A DNA stretch of 56,120 bases, taken from assembly GCA_000165425.1 (NCBI GenBank), contig CT868038.1:186001-242120 (forward strand), in the 5' to 3' direction. The notes under the pieces were generated by a model, which made no database searches, was not told the DNA's origin, and saw only the letters and a program-made list of their open reading frames with translations. This document shows positions 12,813 through 25,283 of the stretch, one piece after another (the stretch's first letter is position 1; the number at the start of each line of letters is the position of its first letter). A program made the translations under genes and the position numbers. Source of the DNA: Paramecium tetraurelia. Taxonomy: Eukaryota.

Positions 12813-14330
12813 ATGATTTAGTAGTAAGGCTAACAAGAGGAAGTACAAAAGCAAGACACAAAGGAGGATGGAAGAAATGCTTCTTCTAATAGAGAGGAAG
12901 GTAGAAAAGGGCAATCCAAGAGACGCGATTCTTCGAATGATTCATACTCAAATTAATCTTCATCTTTTGAGAATAAGATTGGAAAACGTTACTACCCACA
13001 CAGTGAATTCAAGACCCACTTCTATGTACGTCATGTGCACATGAATGGGATGAGTACTAATGAATTTTTGAGTTTCATCAAGAGAAAAGGTAATGTATGG
13101 TAATATTTAGTGAACTTGGCTGGATCATGTGATATAGTCTAAATATTCAATGCTCAGGGATCCTATTGTGATATCGCAATTGGAATGAGCAATGACGATA
13201 ATGCGAAATTAGTATACATAGGCAAGAAGCACTTCAATTTTGGCAGGAATGGTATGATGAAATCAACTTATGAATAGGAAGACAAAAGGAAGTTGTCGAA
13301 TTGAGTGATGCCTTTAAAAACTATCTAGAAAACAAGAATATGTTGGAAAAAGAACATTTGGAACGATCCTTGAGGAGAAATGTAACAGTGGACAATTGAT
13401 TTTAGCAATAATCAAAGGGCAGGAGTGATAGTAGTGAGTCATCAAGAAGACACAAGAGAAGTGTCAGCAAGAAGAAGAGTAAGAAAGTGGACAGCAAGCC
13501 ATCTCAGGGATAAGGATCGAGAAGGAGATCTCCATCTTCTTCTATTGAACCGAGAAAACCCAAGTAGGTCAAAAAGATTAGACAATCATCAAGGAGTTCT
13601 TCTTTGGAGTTAAATAAGGATTAATTGAATGTTTAACCTATCAAACCTTAACAGGTGTTCACTGATAAGAATAGTGTTTATATCTTCTCGATACCACAGG
13701 AAGTTAATGAGAATGAAGTTATCTAAGAGATTGTTACTCATCATAAATAGAATGCACCTATTAATCACACTTGGAGTTATTATTTATTTAAATTATTAAG
13801 ACACTTCTGATAAGATGCAATATTTGGAGTTATAATTTTAGGATGAAAATACTGCTCAATTTTTAGTCAATTTGAGGCCCTGTTTGCAAGTTAAGGGCAT
13901 TCCTCTTTTGGTTGTGGCTAAAAAATAACGACCTGTTTAAGATTTATTGAGGAATTATGAGGTGCAAGTTGAATTAGATAGAGATGTACCTCCTTTTAAT
14001 GTCTATTTGGAGTTTAAAAAGTATGGAGATCTAATTGGGATTTATGTGTTTTAGTAAAATAGGAAGTATGGCACCTATTTAATTTTCAAGTTATTTACTC
14101 TTGTATTCATCGTCCTCTTAATTGCAGGAGGCATTACGTCCTCCAGTCCATTTATAATTGGTCATTAACGATTAAGCTGTTAATGCTAACGCCAAGATTA
14201 TTGATAAACCTATTGATATCCAACGACCATATATCAAAGAAACTTTAGCTTATTAGCTTAGCACTTAATAGGACAACAGTATTTCAATTCTTATATTATA
14301 GAAGATAGAAAAAGAAAAGATAAAAAATGA
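12813..14330 (+). CDS. RRM-like RNA-binding protein with Arg/Ser-rich linker
   Basis: ATG at 12813 (MIQQQGQQEEVQKQ). R/S-rich segment SSRRHKRSVSKKKSKK...RRRSPSSS. RRM-like segments SVYIFSIPQEVNENEVIQE...YLELQFQDENTAQ and VYLEFKKYGDLIGIYV. Multiple tiny introns; TGA at 14328-14330. Confidence 0.6.
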
Positions 14331-14369
14331 GAAGCCATTTAATTTAATATTCAAACAATATATTTATTT

Positions 14370-15854
14370 TCATGTGGCGAAAGAAATATCATAATCTCCT
14401 CTCTCCCCTTATTCAATTTATTTAATATTAATTTTTAATTTATGGGAATTTTCATATACTAATTACACCTCAACTTACTCAATTATAGAGATGGAGAATC
14501 ATCTTCTGTAGATATATAAGAATTATTGACTACTGTCATTACATATACACTCCTTCTTTTTCCGAATACCCGCTCTATTCGTTTTATACCATCTTATGTC
14601 ATTATTCTCTTAGGTAAATCACTATTTATTTATGCACCCTTATCAATCACTAATTATGCATACCCTTATAAATCATTAATGCTGCTAATACTGAGAAATG
14701 AAATTACTTTTGAACTATTTAATATTCATTCAATATAAATAAACTAAATCATTCGTATTTTTTCATTAAGGTCTCTAAATCTTTGACAGCCACATTTCCA
14801 CCCGAAAGAACAACTAAACTATTTTTCATTTAACTCTTCTTGCATCCAGCATATGCGATTGCACAATTAAACTCAGCAATCTCCTCAGCCTTTGCCAATT
14901 CACATTACGCCCTCTCCACTTCCTCAACAGTTACATAAAGAATCTCATCAATGAACCCTTCTATGATCTGCTAACATAAAGTTGCATCCTTTCTAGTTGT
15001 TCCACATAACATCACTCCTATTATGCGCATTTTACTTTATGCAATGTATTTTAAATAGAAAGCTATTCCAGCAATCATAGCTCCACTTTTTAGAGTGACA
15101 AAAATTTAATCTATTTTTGTATTTGTTAAAACTTGCCATTAATCAATCTCAAATCCTATAGTGGCATAGCCTCCAAAAACATCAAAATCGTTCTGAATGT
15201 CCAAGTAATCATATCCCATTTCCTCACTATACTTAATTGCCTCTTTTTCGATTTCATTTTTATTTAACTCTGAATGCATAATGGTCACATTGGGTAAATC
15301 GTTAGTATAATGAATTTCTTTGACATACTTCGAGAATATTATTAATTTGCCAATCAATTCATATGGTTTTATTTTAGATTGGAACTATTCATCTTTAATT
15401 TCTGCAGACAATCCTGGATCAGTAGGTGTATCATCTTAGACTAATTCACTTGCAATTCCTTCCTATTTCTGATTCAACTTTCTCTCTGACTTTAAAAGTT
15501 TCAAACTCTCTATACAAGCAGTGGCTGCATTCCCAGAAGAGCATATTACTAAATTTAGCTCTTCATCGCCTCTGTGCCGTTTTTTCTGTTACAATCTATA
15601 AAGCATATTGTAGATGGCTCTTATTTTAACCGAGCCTGATGGTAGTGTACTTTCGATTTTACAATAGATTCTGTTTATTGGTTTGATGGGAGTAAGCTAA
15701 AAATGGCAATTGCGATTACCTTGATTGGAGATTCAGGAGAATAGAGACATTGTTGAGCTAATTTGATTGCTTAAACTAATTCTGGGATGAGATACTTGAC
15801 TTCACATGAAATCATAGTGCACTTCTCGTATTATCTAGTTTGGACACAGCCCAT
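14370..15854 (-). CDS. PLP-dependent fold-type II enzyme, serine/threonine dehydratase-like (divergent)
   Basis: Motifs IYCKIESTLPSGSVKIRA (PLP lysine), VICSSGNAA, GGYATIGFEI and LVVLSGGNV. ATG at 15854 (MGCVQTR); TGA at 14370. Confidence 0.8.
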
Positions 15855-15941
15855 TTTATAATGAATATTATGAATTTATTGAAAATTAAATTTCAATTAT
15901 TCATTATATAATTGTAAAGATATATGTTTTTTAATGAATGA

Positions 15942-16640
15942 TCAATACAGGAATGGCAAGGCATTATTGCAATCATGAACCAATAGGACAATAAAGCTGT
16001 AATAGATGAAGGGGAAGAATTTACCCAAGAACCTATTGACCCATTTTTCATTCAATGGACTAGATAAGCTATATGGAATATACCTGAAGTAGAGCAAAAT
16101 ATTGTAATAAAACACCAGCCCGACATATAATATATTAAATAAAAAGATGAAGGGATACTTCATCAGTAAGGTATGTGTGGCCATGATCAGTGTGTCTTAC
16201 CATTCATACTCGTTTCTCAGAATCAAGGGGGGAATGACAATCATGGAAATCTTTGCTTCTTCAATAAATGGTATAATACCATGTGATGAAACCAGAGCCA
16301 GAATCTGCATGGTTCAAAAAAGCTTCCCTCCACAATAGAAATTGTGAGATCAATTAAATAATAGAAGGGGACTGGAGCAGCCTTATAGTATTGTTTTGGA
16401 ATACAAAAAACATGACAATAAATTGATCCCATGAGCCTTTCTTGATTTTATGATAATAATCAGGGGTTGTTTGATGCTTGTACAATTAATAGAACCCTGC
16501 CGCAAAGACCGGTATCATTTAGATAAGACTCCATATATACCTAAATGTCAGGATTAGGAATGTTACCACATCATGTCATTATGATATCTTAATGAAAGGC
16601 AGGTCCATTCAAATGGTATGTCAGCCCAAAGAAATGTCAT
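15942..16640 (-). CDS. Hypothetical multi-pass membrane protein
   Basis: ATG at 16640 (MTFLWADIPFEWTCLSLRYHNDMM...). The hydrophobic C-terminal exon matches ORF-track 15942..16184 and ends in TGA. Tiny introns present. Confidence 0.6.
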
Positions 16641-16768
16641 TAATTAATTTATGTACTAAAGAAATTATTAAATGTGATTAATATTGAAAATAAATTGGGA
16701 TTAAGATAAAACAACAGATATGAATGAATGAGTATGAGAATGCATTAAATTTTATATAATATTAATAT

Positions 16769-18080
16769 ATGAAATAATAGTCAAATAGAAAATTGGTTGA
16801 GTTGAGACAGAGTGTTAAGCAATCACTATTCTAATCATTGAAGACAGAAAGATCTTAATAACCAGCTGAAACTAAGAGATCCAAATCAATAACATAGTGG
16901 AAATAATTCACATTGTTCAAATAAAATCAGCAAACCAAAATCACCAAATTTCATGACGTCTACAAGGTGACCAAAAAAATTGGAATTGGGGCTCATGGAG
17001 TTGTTAAGATCTGTTATAAAATTTCAGATTAACTAAAAATAAACTATGCAGTTAAAAAATTATCATGTCAAAACGATCCTGAATTAATACGAACTATCAT
17101 TTAAACCTTCAATATCAATAGAACTTTGAATGATAACCCCAAAATTATCAAATCATACGATTTGTACATCGACGAAAACGAACAAGTTGCTTATTGGGTG
17201 ATGGAATACTGCAATTACAAAAGCCTCCACTCATATATGTAGAAATCCATTCCAGATGTGATGATCTAGCAAATTATGAAGCAATTGGCTCAAACAATCA
17301 CTGAAATCCATAAGAAAGGCATCTGTCATAGAGACTTAAAGCCAGATAATATTCTAGTAAAACTACATGGTTCAATTGATATCAAAATCATTGATTTTGG
17401 TGTATCTAAGAAATTCATGGTCAAAAAGAAAAATGATAAAATATACCATGAAATGTGGACAAGGACTGGTTGTCTTCTCTATTAAGCACCTGAAACCTTT
17501 TTTGGAGGAGGCTATGATGAAAAAGGTATATCAACATTATTATATTGTAGTTGATGTGTGGAGTGTTGGAGTCATCCTGTATCAACTCCTTTGTGGTAAA
17601 TTTCCATTTTTTTGCGATTCCTAATTAGATACAATAGAATTGATTACTGACCCCAATCTCACCATTGATCAAAATAAGGAGTTAAAACTGTTACAACCAC
17701 TCCAAGTAGATTTATTAAAGAGACTCTTAAACAAGAACCCAGAAAAGAGATTGAGTGCTGAAGAATTCTCTTTGCATCCTTGGATCAATGAAATCAGCAC
17801 TTAAAAATCAACTTCAAGAGATGACTTATAAATAAACAAGAGTAGTGAAATAACCACCTCTGTCAATCTTGATGCCTCATAAATAAGAATTGATTTCTCC
17901 AATCATATTCATTATGCCCATAAGCAATTCTAAAAACTGCTCATTCAAATCAAAGATCAAGTGATTGAGGACTCCTAAAGCAGAAAAAGCAGCTATCAAA
18001 TACCTTCAGCCCATACATCTTATGATGTATCTCCTATTAATTAAATAGATGAAACTAAATAATCGAAACCTAAAAAATGA
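16769..18080 (+). CDS. Ser/Thr protein kinase, CAMK-like, catalytic motifs intact
   Basis: Motifs GIGAHGVV, YAVKK, HRDLKPDN, IIDFG, TGCLLYQAPE and DVWSVG. One 25-nt intron at 17526-17550; TGA at 18078-18080. Confidence 0.92.
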
Positions 18081-18230
18081 ATTCGTAAGTAATTGAAAAA
18101 TTTGTTAAAATTGTATATTTATTTTTGTATAATAAAATTTTATAATACCCATTTAGTATTTATATGCTATAATATTATTAAAAACCTTAGTATTAATATA
18201 TCATATAACAAAAAGTAATTATTTCATACT

Positions 18231-18918
18231 TCATCTGCACACTCTCTTCCATCCCAAAATCTACTCATTTCGATCCCACCAATATTGAAATTAATGTTCC
18301 AACCTACTATTAATACAAATGATTACCCAACTCTCACTTATGTAATTTCATATTAACCATTGACTTGATTCACTTTCAGTTTTCTTGCATAATTTTTCTT
18401 TATCCACCCAGAATCCTCATAGTTTTATTCAGCTACACAAACGTATCCCATGCCAACTTCGACTATAACAGCAACATGGCCATAGGGTTATTTTTATGTT
18501 CTTGGGTAAATTATCAAATCTCCTACTTGAGGAGGTCTATTTATATTGTTGAAGCATTACTGATTTCCTTTGTTTGGGAATGTCTAAAATTGTAAGGTGC
18601 CATTTACGGTGGTCAAATCCTCCACGTAATTTAACTTATAAATTTCATCAGCACAATTTATATCCTTAAATGCAGCTGCAAAATTGATGACTAAAAATCT
18701 TCTTGCATATTCCACACATTGATATCTATATTTCAACTTAATTTTTACTTCACTCCCAAAAATACATCCTTGGTCAAGCCTGATTCTTCCTTTTTTAAAA
18801 TACTCTTATAACTATTCCATTTAGAATGATCATAATGAATTCCAACATTCGAATAGGCTTTGACATTATGAGCTTCTCCTAATAGAGATCCCCATTCTAT
18901 TTTGTTCAGCTGTCTCAT
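18231..18918 (-). CDS. Stand-alone CHAP-domain cysteine amidase (glutathionylspermidine/trypanothione amidase-like)
   Basis: After one tiny intron: GVKYQCVEYARRFL (catalytic Cys), PPQVGDLIIY, PYGHVAVI (catalytic His), VAEQN, and C-terminal GWKRVCR-TGA. Confidence 0.85.
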
Positions 18919-19002
18919 GATAATAAATTTAAATTATAATTTTCTGAATTCTTAATTCTCATTATAAATTCAAACAACTAATTAAATATGATTGAAATCA
19001 TT

Positions 19003-19994
19003 TCATTTTAAAAATATATCTAAACTTGGATTCACAGGAGAACTCTTTTCAATCTGTTTGGCCTTTACTATTAACTTTTTCATCAAAAAATTTTATTGAA
19101 TATTAAAAAGATCTCTATCAGACATCTTCTAATGAAGTCCTTTTTACAATGGCTATGTAGTTAATTTAAAAAATTTACATTAAATTACCTCCTCTGACCT
19201 ATTGTAATTGAATTTTCTAATGAACTATTATGGAGAACAGATGAACAAGTATCTATTTCATTTGTTTTTTCCGTAGTTAATATTAATTTAAACGTATTCT
19301 AGCTCATTTCTTTAATACATGACTCTAAGACCATTAATACTCTGCCAGAAACCTTTTATTGATCATACTATTTTATTATTAATGATTATTATTTTGGACT
19401 TTTTTAAATACTCATTTTTTCAGTGTTTTATTCAGGTATGTTGATTTTTTTTTAAGATTATTCCAAAAGTTCTGAGATCACTGGAACTGTAGGACAATGA
19501 TTATGCACTTTTGATTGTGTTTTGAATTTGGGAGGTAAGTCAATAGTTAATTTGTCAAAAGGCTTGACGTCAGTTTAATTTTTGGGGGTTTATGTCAAAG
19601 TTTCACTAGTTAAACAAATTTATCGATCAGAATTAGTTTTATTCTGCCTATCTTCTCTATAAGTCTTGATTGGACTAGTATATTGTATACGGCTTCCGAA
19701 ACTTGGAATTTTTTGGTTGATTCCATTAGAGAATGCAGATACACTTGCTCCAGATTGAGCTTAAATTTTATAAGAGTGTTTTGAAGAATTAAGCGGGTTG
19801 GGCTAAGAGACGACTCTATTATGGATTGTCTAGCTTTTACCCAGGTTATTCATAAGTCTTTCTATGTCATCGATTTTGGAATTGGGTTTGGAAGCTAGAT
19901 TATAAAGTTCATTGAGTTAAATCTTGAGTTACGGATCTGTTATGAAGTTCTACACAGTCTTAACGAGATTGCATATAGCTGATCTTATATCCAT
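19003..19994 (-). CDS. Hypothetical protein (S/T/Q-rich)
   Basis: ATG at 19994 (MDIRSAICNLVKTVQNFITDPQLKIQLNELY...) opens a long code-6 frame ending ...VNPSLDIFLK-TGA. No domain recognised. Confidence 0.55.
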
Positions 19995-20709
19995 AATATT
20001 AAATTATCAAATAAAGAAGATCTACTTTTACATTAATAATGTGATTCATTTGTTAAGTCCTAATGGCATCCCTTAACACAATTTTTTGTTTCATTATAAA
20101 TTTGATCTGGATGGAGGCTATCATGATCATTTCTCATCAATTTACCATTAAATCCGGTAAATAATTTATTCGATCCTATGCTACAGACTTCGCCTGAATT
20201 ATGTGTATCATGTCTCATCTTATTTCCTTCAAAATTTAGATATCTAAATATATATATATAAAATACAATAGATATCTTTATTGCGCTAGAAATTGCTAAA
20301 GAAAACCATATTAAAATTAAAGAATAAGATATTTTGTAGTAATACCCCAAACAGTAATTTCACATTGTTCTTATTTTGAATTTCGAAAACTCTATATCTT
20401 ATCTTCAGTGGCTCTGGTTCATATTTTATTTATAAATTCTACATGGAAGCATTCATTAAATAAGAAGGAAATCCAATCGATACCTTCTATTTAACATTTT
20501 ATTGTAATTTATTGGATTTAGATGTTAAGGTTGATACTAAATAATTGATTGAATAATTACTTCATTTTTTTCACTATTGATTATCAAACACTGCAGCATG
20601 TGATTAATTAATTAATTGCATTTTCTCAATGTTTTCAATATTTAGTACTTATTTTGAAAGTAATTTAAGTAATGTAATATATGTTTTTGAAGTTCTATTA
20701 ATTTATTTA

Positions 20710-22005
20710 ATGAAAAATGTGGAACAGTTATTTCCTCAATTTGAGGTAGTTAACATAGTTAAATAAAACCAATATAAGAAGTCACTCATTGTGAAAAGAA
20801 GTGGTTATTATTACATGTTGAGAATATTCACATTAGAAGGCATTCCAAAGGAAAGAGTACAAAGTATAATAAAAATACTTTCTAAAATATCAAATCAAAA
20901 AAGTCCACATATTGTTAAGTTTTATGAAGCCTCTCTGGATTAAGATATGAATTATTTAGGGTATTGGCATAAATTGATTATTAGAATAGTCAGCGATTAT
21001 TTAGATAAATAGCCTGAATATCCAATGCAGGAAAGAGATATTTGGAAGGCGATATAAGAAGTACCATTTAAGTGTTATATATTTAGATATCCCAAACATT
21101 ATAATTATTTCATCCGAAAAGAGTTCATGGGAAATTGTAATTATCAAATTTGTTTCAAAATCAAAAAAACACTATTCTTGGAGAGATGAACATACTTTAT
21201 TACTTACATTAACATAGTTATACTGATGCTTACTTATTGGCTCCAGAATTCATCAGGACACAAATCTATGATTATAAATCAGATATTTGGATGTTTGGAT
21301 ACATGTTGTATTAGATGATGTTCAAGGATCCATTAATAGTAGCCAACAACACTGATGTTTTGCACAAGAAAATTCTTAAGGGAATCCATATAACATACAA
21401 TCCAAACTATAGTCTTAATTTAAATAATTTGTTAAGGTTGATGTTGTGTTATGATCCTGAACTCAGACCTAATACCGAGCAAATCTCAAACTATTGTACA
21501 TAAGCCTTGGTCTCTTAAGAAGAAATCAATTTGAATAGAATTCTACCCAAATTTAAAACTGATAAATTAGTATTACATAAAAGGAGGATAGAAAAACAAC
21601 ACAAACCAGTTGAGAATATTGTATATCTAAGTGAAGATCATTACAAATAGCCATACTTTCCACCTTCTAAGGTAAGGAAACAAAACAAGAAATCTCAATC
21701 GAAACAACTGACCTCTGCCTCGGATTTTCATCACACTCTAAAATCTATGCATTCTTTGTCTTTGCCAAAAGTAATGAACTATTAATTCAGTGCATTAAAA
21801 ATCAAGGATAGTCTTGACCATCTGGATATGTACATAATAATTATAATATTATAGTCTTTAAACTAAATCTCCTATTCAGAAACTATAGATCGATAGCTTG
21901 ATTAAACTTTAAAAAAATATCGTCAATGCAACTCAAAGGAATTAAATTGCATTTAATCAATAAGAGTAAATGAACAAATAAAAAAGTCAAAGGGTATTTT
22001 TTTGA
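20710..22005 (+). CDS. NEK-like pseudokinase
   Basis: Kinase fold is recognisable from SPHIVKFYEA, LLAPE, YKSDIWMFG and LMLCYDPELRP. There is no Gly-loop, the beta3 Lys is missing (YYMLR), HRD is HGK and DFG is LGE. Three tiny introns; TGA at 22003-22005. Confidence 0.75.
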
Positions 22006-22038
22006 TATTTATGTTTTGTTAATTTTATAATTAAATTT

Positions 22039-22740
22039 ATGAAGCTAAGATTATAAAATGAAAATTGTCAAAGTAAAATCTATACTCATCGATCAGAGAG
22101 ATCGAGCTGTTTTGACATCTTATAGGATTTAACAAATAATAGTATTTATTAAATTAATTAAATAGAGCAATAATTATTAAACCAGAAAGCTATCCTTGAG
22201 AATAGAACAACTAAATAGGACTTAATATTAAATGAACATAATATTCAATTACAATAGAGTAAAGTTTACAAAACAACAAAAATTTAATAACTAAAAATTT
22301 AGTTATAAACTTTAAAATAGAATTATGATAAATAAGCAATATCACAATCCAATCTTTCAAAAACCATTGATAATACTGTTAAATACCTGCTTGAACTTAA
22401 AACAAACATTTATGACAACCAAGTAGAAGAACCTTGGCAAGAAATCATCAAAATTGAAAAAGTTTTGTATGGAAATGAGGACAATATTATCTAATCAATG
22501 CCCATTTAGAATTTTAATGAAGTTATATCAGGTCATTAGTTAAGTATTTTAGAAATGGTCTCATAGTGGTAAAATTAATAACAATAGAATTATTGGATTG
22601 CATAAATGAAATTATTACATGAAACATTCATCCAGAAAAATTTAAGCATTGGCCAAATCCTAAAGCCTAGACAAGTACAAGAATAATCAGCTGCGAGATT
22701 ATAGAGATAAGATTTTTAATCTTTTAGCAAAAAATGCTGA
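22039..22740 (+). CDS. Hypothetical coiled-coil protein
   Basis: ATG at 22039 (MKLRLQNENCQSKIYTHRSERS...). Two tiny GT..AG introns keep the frame open to TGA at 22738-22740. Confidence 0.55.
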
Positions 22741-23299
22741 ATTATATAATTAATTAAATATTTAATACATCAAAAATGAGAGGAAATTATGAATTCTTTA
22801 GTTATTGACTCTCTCTTTTGTAAGTATACGCATGAATGATACTATAATTATTAAATATTGAATGAGACTGTTAGTTATCTATAGAATAAAGTGATAGATT
22901 TAGAGAGAGAGCATGAATTTTTTTAGTATTCAAATCATCTTCGTATCTGATCAACTTGTTAAACTGCAATTTTAAAGGAGTAATACTTTTAAACTTAGCC
23001 AGGTAAGGACGAGCAAGTAAAGATCACCCAATTGAAAATTATTAGATAAAATTATGCAGTGGCACTGTAGAATTATCTCATTACAATAACGCCATTTAGA
23101 ATAAAAGGATCATCAATATAATTTAAAGGGAAGGGTGGAGGATATGATTAGGAACAAGAAGAGAGTGTAAGGCTCTCCTTTGTAAATTAGTTTGTATTTA
23201 AATTCGTGATCAAGTTTAGTGATCCTATACTTTCATCAAATTATGATTCTTTTATAATTCATATGAAACATATGTACTTGATTTTATTAATTACATAAA

Positions 23300-24283
23300 A
23301 TGTCGATCAATTCATCACATATCTCAGTACAAGTTGGTCCATATTATGAGGGAGAAGGAGCTTGGAATTTAAGGTATGAACCTATCATAAGAGTTAGTTT
23401 GAAGGCTCTTGTCAATAAGCAAGCTGCAATATAACAATTAGAGTAGCTACAAAAGTAAACAGGTGGCAATTTGGATACAGAATGGGGCTTCGTGTTGGCT
23501 TTCAAGACAATTGATGGAAAGGCTTAAGAATTGTAGAAATATCTGAATGACAAAATCTAACCAATGATTGAGGCAGAGGATATTTTAATCAAGACTCACA
23601 GTGATGGAACAACCTTGTGGTTATCATTTTAATTGAAGCCTGAATAGATGGAAGAAATCAAGGAAGGATTCAATATGGTCTTTGCTCAAGGTAAAGATGA
23701 GATTAATTTAAAATAATATTAGGTTTAGAAGAATTTGCAGAGAAGAACGAGAATTCAATATAATTGCTATTGTCATCAAATACAGATTTCACATTTGCAA
23801 GTGAACTACTCAAGAAAGGTGATAGACTGATGTCAGTCGTTATGAAGAGTTTAAAATTCGTTCTGAAATTGGATCTTGCTTAAGATCTTGTATAAGCTGT
23901 GACAAATGTAATTGAGAATTTTGAGCCTGGTATTGCCAATAAGCCTCCATTCCCTTTACTTTTGAAATTTAAGAATTTCAAAGTGGATTTGGAATTTAAG
24001 AGTTCTGATGATTGTCCTGAATTCATTAGGTAAAATGGATTCTTTGGAAAGTCGATTTAGAAATGGATTTAAGATGGAGATGTTGCTGTACAAGATGAAT
24101 TTGGAATAGCCATCCTTAAATAAATTCAAGAGGTAATAATTGAAGTCATCATAGAACATGCCAAATTTGGAGACTGACTTCTATTTTACAATACCAAATT
24201 TCTTGGCTCTTAGTGGAAATGCTAAATTGCCAGGTGTTGCTCAATTCTTATTGGAGTATGGAAACATCGTCGATAAACTGTGA
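23300..24283 (+). CDS. Hypothetical protein (probably ciliate-specific globular protein)
   Basis: ATG at 23300 (MSINSSHISVQVGPYYEGEGAWNL...). Purine-rich coding-like frame with 2-3 tiny introns, ending ...YGNIVDKL-TGA. Confidence 0.7.
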
Positions 24284-24346
24284 TATCATTAGGATATTAT
24301 TATTGTTAAAATATAACATAATTAATATTGTGATTCAATAATTTTA

Positions 24347-24838
24347 ATGTTTACTTTATTATTAATTCCATTTGTTGATGCTCTATTCTCTAGCTTTGAA
24401 TATGTCTAGGTGACATCCTAATTGGAATATTCTGCATACACATTCAAAGGTATCATAACTGTGATTCCATAAACAAACAACGTCCTATTATGGAAATGTC
24501 ATGATCTAGAAGACGCAATCCCAAATATTTCATTCAATCTTCTTGAAAATGGAACATTATTAAAGCTCAATGACTTCAATCTCTAATATGAGTATGAAGT
24601 CAAACCCAATCCTCAATTTACATTTACATACTAAGACCCCACTTAAGGAATATTAGTAATAGATTATTTAACATACAAAAATCCAGAATATGCACTCTAA
24701 TTAAAGCAGATTATTGATCGAGTAATTATAGACGAGTACACTGTTGATTGGGAAACTGTTCATTATAATTTGAATGGCCTTTAAGACAATCTATTATAGT
24801 TTTGTAAGAAGCATTAAGATTTTAAGATAGAGTTGTGA
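24347..24838 (+). CDS. Small secretory-pathway protein (signal peptide, C-terminal KIEL), 163 aa
   Basis: Uninterrupted 492-nt code-6 ORF. Hydrophobic N-terminus MFTLLLIPFVDA; ends ...HQDFKIEL-TGA. Confidence 0.7.
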
Positions 24839-24853
24839 ATTATAGCAATATAA

Positions 24854-25279
24854 TCAAATAAATATCATGATCCTCTTTAGATTTTAATGGCCTTTGCCAA
24901 CTATAGTTTATTCATAATATTATTAACAAATGTCCAATTTTGTGATTTAATTTATCCATTCCTTTGTTTTATTCAATTATATTTTCTTAAGTATTTAAAT
25001 TTGAATCTAGAACAACTATCTTATCATTATAATTCTTAACGATGAAAATTATTACAGAAAATGATAATTAAATGGATGAAACTATTTAAACTCTTAGACT
25101 TACCAGATTATCAAGATACCAACAATTGTTAACTCACTATTTACAATTATTTTATATCTTATTTATTGAATTTAGCTATTTTCAAACTCAAATGAATTAC
25201 TTTCAACAATGAAAATAGAATCACAATAATTATTTTGATATTTTACAATAAAATCAGATTACTCTTAATAATAATTCAT
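24854..25279 (-). CDS. Possible 141-aa hypothetical ORF
   Basis: TGA-free code-6 ORF from ATG 25279, but it starts only 4 nt after the USP stop and has no recognisable motif. It may be chance. Confidence 0.2.
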
Positions 25280-25283
25280 ATAA

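Noticed and set aside
23374..23391. 18-nt stopless 3n intron candidate GTATGAACCTATCATAAG
   Set aside because: The frame is open with or without it, so it cannot be called without RNA data.
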